Assembly: GCA_038871515.1 (NCBI GenBank)
Contig: JAVZHX010000003.1
Location: 1 to 64,000 of the forward strand
DNA: 64,000 bases
DNA from: Candidatus Micrarchaeia archaeon
GTDB taxonomy: Archaea; Micrarchaeota; Micrarchaeia; Burarchaeales; Fermentimicrarchaeaceae
Reading direction: 5' to 3'
This document shows positions 19,780 to 27,115 of this stretch, one piece after another (the first letter of the stretch is position 1; each line of letters starts with the position of its first letter). Both the position numbers and the translations under genes were made by a program. The notes under the pieces are model-generated. The model searched no databases and was not told the origin of the DNA. It was given only the letters and a program-made list of their open reading frames with translations.

Positions 19780-19801
19780 GTAAACCGCCTTTCATCTCCA
19801 T
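19751..19801 (-). promoter_or_regulatory. Leader ORF 1 of his operon, MEMKGGLLHKKVGMQT* (TTA-CTT-CAC)
   Basis: First ATG downstream of a TATAAATA box at 19833-26; single His codon following CTT. Confidence 0.6.
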
Positions 19802-19885
19802 CGCACTATATTGGAGTTTTCCCACTATTTATATGTATCCCTTTAATGAAAGAATGTTTATATAAACTCCAACAAAAATCTACTC

Positions 19886-20155
19886 ATGAAATTCACAAAA
19901 GAGGAAGCTGAAAGAATTGGCAGAGCAATTGGGATAGACTGGAAGAGAAGCAAGTTCAAGCTTGAGGAATTCTGGAAAGGCTTGCACGTTGAGCTTGAAC
20001 ACGGGAGAAAGGACCCTTTGACAAACGTTACAAATGACGACCCAGTGATGACAGGGAAGATTGCTCTGGCGCACCTGAACGAACTGCCTGATTACTACAC
20101 AAGGCTGGAAAAAATGGAGAGAGGAGGGAAGAAACCCAGCAAGAGAAGGAAGTGA
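19886..20155 (+). CDS. DUF5661-like small protein
   Basis: GLHVELEHG...TGKIALAHLNELPDYYTRLEKME. Confidence 0.75.
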   Translation: MKFTKEEAERIGRAIGIDWKRSKFKLEEFWKGLHVELEHGRKDPLTNVTNDDPVMTGKIALAHLNELPDYYTRLEKMERGGKKPSKRRK

Positions 20156-20159
20156 TGCT

Positions 20160-22712
20160 GTGGAGGAACTTCCAAAAGTTGAAAGACCGTGGGAGCTTTC
20201 CCCAGAGGAGCTTTACAAGGAGCTTGGTTCATCTGAAAGAGGTTTATCTGAGCATGAGGCAAAAAACAGAGCAAAGTTCAGAAAGGAAATTCCTGAAAAA
20301 GATAGAAAGACAGCTCTTTCAATTTTCATCTCCCAGTTTGAAAATCCGCTGGTTTACATACTGATTCTCGCAGCGGTGCTTGCGTATTTTCTTGGCGACA
20401 TTATTGAGGCAAGCGTGATACTGCTGATAATTTTGATAAACAGCCTGCTTGGCTTCTTTCAGGAGTATAAAGCAGAGAGAGCAGTGAGAGAGCTGAGGAA
20501 GTATATAACTTTCACTGCAACTGTTGTAAGGGATGGGGAAAGGAAGGAGGTTGATGCTCGTTCTCTTGTTGTTGGCGATATTATTTTGCTTCGCATAGGC
20601 AACATCGTGCCTGCTGATGCTAGGTTAATCTCAGTTGAGGAGTTTCAGACAAATGAATCCATTTTAACAGGTGAATCAACCCCTGTTGAGAAGAAAACAG
20701 CTCCAATAAAGCTTCTCACATCTGAGCCACATCAATTAAACAACATGGCGTTTATGGGAACAACTGTAACCTACGGGCATGCTGTTGGAATTGTAACTGC
20801 AGTTGGCGTTGATACTTTCTTTGGAAAAACCGCAACAACTCTCAGCGCAAGGGTTCCCCAATCCCACTTTGAAAAAAGCATAAGAGAGTTTGGAGAAATG
20901 CTGCTGAGAATAACGCTTGCCATAACGCTTTTTATACTTGTAATAAACGCGCTTTTTGGCAAAGACCCATTTGAGTCATTCCTTTTTGCAATTGCGCTTG
21001 CTGTTGGAATAACTCCTGAAGCACTTCCAATAGTTGTCACAATAAGCCTTTCCAACAGCGCGCTTGAGCTTGCAAAGAAGAAGGTTGTTGTGAAAAAACT
21101 TATCTCGTTGGAGGATTTGGGGAATGTTGATGTTTTCTGTGCGGATAAAACAGGGACGCTCAGCGAGAGCGAGCTTTTCCTTGAGAATGCGGTTGATTTG
21201 GAGGGAAACTTCTCAGAAAAAATTTTGGAGTACGGAGTAGTTTGTAACACTCAGTTTGGGGCAAGAAAAATTATGAAGGTGAGCCAGCTGGATGGGGCGG
21301 TGATGAAGTTTGCAAATCAGAAGTTTGGAAAGGAGAGGATGGAGAGAATTGGAAAGAAGGAATTGGTTGAGGTAGTTGATTTTGATTATGAGAGAAAGAG
21401 GATGAGTGTTGTTGTGAGAGAAGAAGGTTTGATGATGATAACAAAGGGAGCTGCGGAAAGCGTGCTTTCAGTATGCAGCAAAGCATTCACAAAAGGAAAG
21501 GAGGTGAGGATGAGCAGCCAAATGAAAAAGAAATACGAGGAGTATGCGAAGATGGGTTACAGCGTTGTTGCCGTTGCTGTGAAAAAAGTTAAGGAGAAGG
21601 AGGATTATACGAAGGAAGATGAGAAGGAGATGACACTGGTTGGTTTCCTCCTATTCACATCACCCCCGAGGAGAACTGCGCTGCACACTGTTGGCGAGCT
21701 GAGGAGGATGGGGGTGGAGATGAAGATACTGACTGGGGATGGGCCGATTGTGACGAGAAAGCTGTGCAACGATGTAGGGTTTGCAATAAATGATGACAGG
21801 GTGGTGCTTGGAAGCGAGCTTGATAAGATGAATGAGGAGGAGTTTGAGAGAGCAGTTGAGAGGTATAATGTTTTCGCCAGAATAACTCCTGTTCACAAAT
21901 ACAAAATTGTGCTTGCGTTAAGGAAGATGGGGCATGTAGTTGCATTTATGGGAGATGGGGTGAATGATGCGCCAGCACTGCGTGCTGCGGATGTTGGTAT
22001 TTCTGTTAACAATGCGGTTGATGTTGCGAAGGATGCGGCGCATATTATACTTCTTACAAGCAGCCTTGAGGCAGTGCTTACTGGGATAAAGGGTGGAAGG
22101 AAGATATTTGGGAATATAACAAAGTATGTATTGAACACAATAAGCGCAAACTTCGGAAATATGTTCTCCTTTGCGCTTGCTTCCCTCTTCCTCCCCTTCC
22201 TCCCTCTTCTTCCAGCTCAGATACTGCTGAACAACCTTCTCTCTGATTTTCCACTGCTCACAATTTCAACAGACAACGTTGATTCAACTTTCTTAAGAAA
22301 ACCAAAAAGGTGGAATATGAAGTTAATTTCTGATTTCATGATTCATTTTGGTTTGATAAGCTTCATCTTTGACATGATGACGATGATTTCTCTGCTTTAC
22401 TGGCTGAAAGCTCCGGATGATGCGTTCAGGACAGCTTGGTTCCTTGAATCATTGATTTCAGAAGTTGTTATAACCTTTTCAATAAGAAGTCAACTGAAGT
22501 TCTATAAAAGCAAGCCAAGCTGGCTGCTGATTGTAATGTCCGCTGTTGCGTTAATTGGTGCTTTTGTGATAATTTACTCTTCCTTGGGAGCGCTATTTCA
22601 GTTCACTCCTCTTGGAGTTGAATACATTGCGCTTATAACTGGAGTTGTGGTTCTTTACTTTGCAACTGTTGAAACAACAAAGTTTGGTTTCTTCAAAAAA
22701 TATGGGTTGTGA
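20160..22712 (+). CDS. mgtA: Magnesium-translocating P-type ATPase
   Basis: TGES, ITPEALP, DKTGT, GDGVNDAPAL, SANFGNMFS, TDNVD. Confidence 0.85.
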   Translation: MEELPKVERPWELSPEELYKELGSSERGLSEHEAKNRAKFRKEIPEKDRKTALSIFISQFENPLVYILILAAVLAYFLGDIIEASVILLIILINSLLGFFQEYKAERAVRELRKYITFTATVVRDGERKEVDARSLVVGDIILLRIGNIVPADARLISVEEFQTNESILTGESTPVEKKTAPIKLLTSEPHQLNNMAFMGTTVTYGHAVGIVTAVGVDTFFGKTATTLSARVPQSHFEKSIREFGEMLLRITLAITLFILVINALFGKDPFESFLFAIALAVGITPEALPIVVTISLSNSALELAKKKVVVKKLISLEDLGNVDVFCADKTGTLSESELFLENAVDLEGNFSEKILEYGVVCNTQFGARKIMKVSQLDGAVMKFANQKFGKERMERIGKKELVEVVDFDYERKRMSVVVREEGLMMITKGAAESVLSVCSKAFTKGKEVRMSSQMKKKYEEYAKMGYSVVAVAVKKVKEKEDYTKEDEKEMTLVGFLLFTSPPRRTALHTVGELRRMGVEMKILTGDGPIVTRKLCNDVGFAINDDRVVLGSELDKMNEEEFERAVERYNVFARITPVHKYKIVLALRKMGHVVAFMGDGVNDAPALRAADVGISVNNAVDVAKDAAHIILLTSSLEAVLTGIKGGRKIFGNITKYVLNTISANFGNMFSFALASLFLPFLPLLPAQILLNNLLSDFPLLTISTDNVDSTFLRKPKRWNMKLISDFMIHFGLISFIFDMMTMISLLYWLKAPDDAFRTAWFLESLISEVVITFSIRSQLKFYKSKPSWLLIVMSAVALIGAFVIIYSSLGALFQFTPLGVEYIALITGVVVLYFATVETTKFGFFKKYGL

Positions 22713-22756
22713 TAGATTTAAATTGAGAATGCTAAAAAACAATTGGGGGTGAGTTT

Positions 22757-23020
22757 ATGGCTACAGGAACGCTGATGGAAAATATAACTCTGGCAGTGAT
22801 ATACACTCTGCTTGGAGGAGTACTTGGCGTGTTGCTTATGGCGCTCTCCGCATTCATTGTCCCGAGGATAGTGGATGTGATGACTCCTAGGATAAATGAT
22901 GAGAAGGAGATTGCAAAAGGAAACCTTGCTGTAGCAACGTACGTCGGGCAGATCACGCAGGCAGTGATACTTGGAATAAGCATAATCATTGCAGCTGCAA
23001 TAATCTCGGGTATATTCTGA
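22757..23020 (+). CDS. DUF350-family small membrane protein
   Basis: Two TM helices around TPRINDEKEIAKGNLAVA. Confidence 0.75.
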   Translation: MATGTLMENITLAVIYTLLGGVLGVLLMALSAFIVPRIVDVMTPRINDEKEIAKGNLAVATYVGQITQAVILGISIIIAAAIISGIF

Positions 23021-23028
23021 GTGGGAGA

Positions 23029-26000
23029 ATGCGCGAGAGGCTGAGATTTCTAATTATTATTCTACTGCTTTCCTCCCTTGCTTTTGGGAGGGGAGGAGGC
23101 GGGTGTCTGCTACCATATACGCTTATCCTAACTCCATCGGGAGAGAAACCAGTCATTTCAGTTTCTCCTGGGGACTATGTAATTTCATTCAGTAACGGCA
23201 GAGCTGTGAGCGCAAAAGTTGTTGCAGTTTATGAGACAGTTGCTGAGGAATATTTTGAGGTGAAAACTCGAAAAACAGCGGTGAATGTAACAGGGGAGCA
23301 TCCATTTCTGACTAAGGGAGGTGAGTTCAAGGAAGTAGAACATCTTGAAGTTGGGGATAGAGTTTTTGTTATTTCTGATGGTGAACTTGGAGAGGATGAA
23401 GTAGTTTCAGTAACTCTTCATAGGCAGCCTGCAAAGGCATATAATCTGCTTGTTGAAAAAGGAGATTTCTTTGCGAATTCAATTCTCTTGCACAACAAAG
23501 GATGTTTTCTTCCAGACACTCCTATTCTAACTGCTGACGGAGTTTTGGTTAACGTAAGCGCGGTGAAAAAAGGTGACAAGCTTATCGCATTCACGTATGA
23601 TGGGAAGGTGCTCAACACAACAGTAGAGGAGGTATACACCGCAACTGCAGATGGTTACTATGTTATAAGGACTGAGGGCTATGAAGTGAGAGTTACTGGT
23701 GAACATCCATTTTATACGGGAGGGGGAGTCTTCAAAAATGCTGAGAGTCTACGGGTTGGAGATGTTGTTTATGTATTCAACGGAACTGAGCTTTCAAAAG
23801 AGAGGGTCGTGTTTAAAGAGTTTGTAGAGCGTGATGTGACTGTTTATAATTTAAGAACGGAATGGCCGAACACGTATTTCGCGAATTTCATAGCAGTTCA
23901 CAACAAGGGAGGATGCTTCCTTCCTGGAACGCAGATTGAGACTCCTTCCGGAAAAAGGAGTATAGAAGAGTTGAAAGGAGAGGATACGGTTCTTGCGTTT
24001 GACAGCAATGGAGGAATTGCTCCAGCCAAAGTATTGAGAGTCACGGAGATGGATGAAAGAGGGTTTTATAAAATAAAAACAGAGAGTTATGAAGTTGAGG
24101 TGACCCCCGAGCATCCATTGCTTTCGGAGAATGGAGTGTTTGTCAAAGCAGCGGATTTGAGAGAAGGGGATGTGGTATATGTTTTAAAAGACGGAGAACT
24201 GAAAGCTGAGAGAATAGAGAAGAAAAAATTCTTTGATGAAAATGTAAAAGTATTTAACTTAAATGTGGATGGGTTGCATACTTTTTTTGCAAATAATTTT
24301 GCAGTGCATAACAAAGGAGGGTGCTTTGCCGCAGGAACGCGCATTCTAACCCCCAACGGTGAGAGGAGTATTGAAACGATACGAAAGGGGGATGTTGTTT
24401 TTGCTGTTGATGAGAAGAGCAGGGTGAGCCAAGCAGAAGTTATTGAGGTGTTCAGAACAAAATCACGCATACTGCAGGTGAGAACAACAGAAAGGGCGGT
24501 GAACACAACCGCTGAGCATCCCTTCCTCATTGATGGAGAGTTCAAGGAAGCCTCCCAGCTATCGGTTGGGGATAAGGTGACTGTTTTTGATGGTGGAATT
24601 CATTACGAAGTAGTTGTGTCATTGGAGTATTTGGGAGAGGAAACCGTATACAACCTTCATGTTGGAGAACCATTCAGCTTTGTAGCGAATGGGTTTGTTG
24701 TGCACAATAAGGGTGGCTCATTTGGAGGTGGCAGCGGAAGTAGCTACAATCCATATACGGAGGCAACATACTGCGGTAAAACAAAGAGTTTAACATTAAA
24801 GAATGGAAGCGCTTTGACTGGGAGCGAGTGCTTCTATGTTTACTATGCAAAAGCCAACAGCGCAGAGGCAACAAGGTTGGAGAGCTGCGTGAAGGGAACG
24901 GATTCTGTTTGGAGTTCCTGTGAGCAGTTTACGGGTTTTGCAATAAGAAAGGAGAGGCAGTTCAGATGCGCAGCTCCGGAGCCGTGCATGGGGGTTACCA
25001 GTGTTGTGCTTCCTGATGGAACCAGCGTTAAAGTCACCCGCCCAAAAACACTTTGGGAGTGGATTGTTGATTTGGTGACAGCTCTTATCATACTGGGTAT
25101 GCTTGGTCTGTTTATTTTAAGCTTTTTGATATTTGGAGGGGTGGTAGGAGCTGTTGGTTTGGCAGCAAAAGCATCTGCGGAGAACCTTGATTACTGCTAT
25201 CCCTCATCTCAGATTGATAGAAAAGCTGAGAGAACTGCAAAACTGCTTAACTATCTTAAGGGAATTGATAAACAGTGGGATCCTGAGCTTCTTAAAAGCA
25301 CTGCGAGGGAAACTTTCCTCAAGCTGCAAGAGTGTTGGGAGAGAAGAGAGTATTCAGAGATGCAGCCTCTTCTAATGCCAGATTTGTATGCACAGCATCT
25401 TGAGCAGATAGAGTCAATGATAAGGAACCATGAGATAAACAAACTTGAAAACCTCCAGATAAACAGAATTGATATAGTCCATCTTAGACATTTCATTAAA
25501 AAGGATCAGCAGGAGTTCACCGCGCTTATTGAGGCAAGCGTGAGAGATTATTATGTTGATGACAGAACTGGCGAATTTCTTAGAGGGGATTCTGAGCCAG
25601 CAACATTTCAGGAGTTTTGGGTTTTTCAGAGGAAAGATGATAAATGGCTGCTGAGGCAGATAGACCAGACAAGGGAGTCTGATGCTCTGAGGGAGGAGAA
25701 CTTTGTTGAGGAGTTAACCCCCATGCAGCTAGAAGATATATACGGGGAGCCCCTAGGGGTTAAAGGGGAGAAAGCACCATGGTTGGAAGGGAAGGTTGCG
25801 TGGAAGGCAGACAGGGTGCATAGGTTGTTGAACTTCCTTTCCTCAACTGATAAAAGCTGGGATGAGGATTATATGAAAGAAGTTGCAAGAAAGGCATTTG
25901 TCGCTGTTCTTTCCGGGTTTGAGAAGCTGAGCATTGAGGAGGCAAAGCCGTTGCTGATGCCAGATGCGGTTTCTTACTATGAAAGCAAAATTGAGGAGAT

Positions 26001-26343
26001 GAAGGAGGAGAAAAGAAGTGTTGAGTACAGGAATATGTGCGTAAGGAAAGTTGATATTGTGCTTGTCAAGAATTTTGCGGACAGCAATAGAGATGAGTTC
26101 ACAGCTTGCATAAGCGCGCATGCGCAAAGAATTGAGAAAAAAGGTGGAAAAGTGGTAAGGAAAGATGAGTATGTAAGTCCATTTGAGGAGTACTGGACTT
26201 TCCAGAAGCAGAATGGGGAGTGGAAGGTGAGGGAAGTCGAACCACCTGCAAGAACGCGCTCAATTATTGAGGAGGAAAACATAGATGAGGAGAGCTCAAA
26301 GGAGCAGCTGCAGTGGTATTACACGCAGGAAAGAGCTGTTTAG
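23029..26343 (+). CDS. Secreted membrane-anchored protein: signal peptide, 4 tandem Hint domains, Cys-rich domain, TM helix, 2 Tim44-like domains
   Basis: Four C(L/F)xxxT...TxEHP...(Y/F)NL...HN units; TM near 25051-25160; two repeats ending FQEFWVFQRKDDKWLL and FEEYWTFQKQNGEWKV. Confidence 0.88.
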   Translation: MRERLRFLIIILLLSSLAFGRGGGGCLLPYTLILTPSGEKPVISVSPGDYVISFSNGRAVSAKVVAVYETVAEEYFEVKTRKTAVNVTGEHPFLTKGGEFKEVEHLEVGDRVFVISDGELGEDEVVSVTLHRQPAKAYNLLVEKGDFFANSILLHNKGCFLPDTPILTADGVLVNVSAVKKGDKLIAFTYDGKVLNTTVEEVYTATADGYYVIRTEGYEVRVTGEHPFYTGGGVFKNAESLRVGDVVYVFNGTELSKERVVFKEFVERDVTVYNLRTEWPNTYFANFIAVHNKGGCFLPGTQIETPSGKRSIEELKGEDTVLAFDSNGGIAPAKVLRVTEMDERGFYKIKTESYEVEVTPEHPLLSENGVFVKAADLREGDVVYVLKDGELKAERIEKKKFFDENVKVFNLNVDGLHTFFANNFAVHNKGGCFAAGTRILTPNGERSIETIRKGDVVFAVDEKSRVSQAEVIEVFRTKSRILQVRTTERAVNTTAEHPFLIDGEFKEASQLSVGDKVTVFDGGIHYEVVVSLEYLGEETVYNLHVGEPFSFVANGFVVHNKGGSFGGGSGSSYNPYTEATYCGKTKSLTLKNGSALTGSECFYVYYAKANSAEATRLESCVKGTDSVWSSCEQFTGFAIRKERQFRCAAPEPCMGVTSVVLPDGTSVKVTRPKTLWEWIVDLVTALIILGMLGLFILSFLIFGGVVGAVGLAAKASAENLDYCYPSSQIDRKAERTAKLLNYLKGIDKQWDPELLKSTARETFLKLQECWERREYSEMQPLLMPDLYAQHLEQIESMIRNHEINKLENLQINRIDIVHLRHFIKKDQQEFTALIEASVRDYYVDDRTGEFLRGDSEPATFQEFWVFQRKDDKWLLRQIDQTRESDALREENFVEELTPMQLEDIYGEPLGVKGEKAPWLEGKVAWKADRVHRLLNFLSSTDKSWDEDYMKEVARKAFVAVLSGFEKLSIEEAKPLLMPDAVSYYESKIEEMKEEKRSVEYRNMCVRKVDIVLVKNFADSNRDEFTACISAHAQRIEKKGGKVVRKDEYVSPFEEYWTFQKQNGEWKVREVEPPARTRSIIEEENIDEESSKEQLQWYYTQERAV
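23104..24708 (+). repeat. Four tandem Hint (intein-like) domains
   Basis: Hint1 23104-23496, Hint2 23503-23904, Hint3 23914-24312, Hint4 24322-24708; linkers KG, KGG, KGG; no endonuclease insert. Confidence 0.92.
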
Positions 26344-26382
26344 GTGATAGGTATTTTAATAGATGTGTTTTGATTAAATTAG

Positions 26383-26730
26383 GTGGTGAATATGCCTATG
26401 AAGGATAAAGCAGATGTGGGTAAGGATGCGGGTATTGCCGCGCTTATCAGCGTGGTTTGCATGCTGATTCTGGGAGCGCCTGCAGTTGGTTATTTCTATA
26501 TTGGCAACGTAAAAAAAGGTATAGAGTGGTTGATAATTGGCTGGCTAGTGCTTGCTGTTGTTTTGGGGGCGTATTTCTTTGGTGGATTCCTGGGAGGTTT
26601 TATCACATATGGGCTTAGTAGCTTATGTTGCCTGCCTGTGTTTATAATTCCAGTTATAGTTGACTTGGTTGTAGTGTGGGATGTATACCTTGAAGCAAAA
26701 GGAGAGAAGCCAAAACTGCCAATGTTCTAA
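26383..26730 (+). CDS. Small membrane protein (TM2-like)
   Basis: Hydrophobic; GAPAVGYFYIGNVKKGI resembles the TM2 motif. Confidence 0.65.
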   Translation: MVNMPMKDKADVGKDAGIAALISVVCMLILGAPAVGYFYIGNVKKGIEWLIIGWLVLAVVLGAYFFGGFLGGFITYGLSSLCCLPVFIIPVIVDLVVVWDVYLEAKGEKPKLPMF

Positions 26731-26809
26731 AAAATGCAAAGAAATTTGAAAGTGGTTGAGAGTTAGTTTTATATCCTGTTAAAGTTAATCAATACTGGGG
26801 GGTGAGTGG

Positions 26810-27115
26810 ATGGGAATGGTTCAGGAGTTTAAGGATTTTTTGAAAGAATACAAGGTTCTGCCACTGGCAATTGCTTTTATTATGGGTGCTGCTGTAACTG
26901 CAATGGTGCAGTCCCTTGTGAGCGATATTATAATGCCGATAATCACTCCTTTTATACCTGGAGGGGAGTGGAGGACAGCAACGCTTGAGATTGGGCCGGT
27001 ACTTATCAAGTGGGGCTCCTTCCTAAGCGCGCTGATAAACTTCATAATAATTGCTGCAGTTGTTTTCATGCTTGCGAAGATGGTGCTGAAGGAGGAGAAG
27101 GTAACAAAGAAGTAA
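26810..27115 (+). CDS. mscL: Large-conductance mechanosensitive channel (short form)
   Basis: EFKDFL, LAIAFIMGAA, SLVSDIIMP, GSFLSALINFIIIA. Confidence 0.9.
   Translation: MGMVQEFKDFLKEYKVLPLAIAFIMGAAVTAMVQSLVSDIIMPIITPFIPGGEWRTATLEIGPVLIKWGSFLSALINFIIIAAVVFMLAKMVLKEEKVTKK

Noticed and set aside
23104..24708. Classical mobile inteins
   Set aside because: No homing endonuclease, no Cys/Ser/Thr at +1, and the host is a secreted protein; treated as BIL-like Hint domains.
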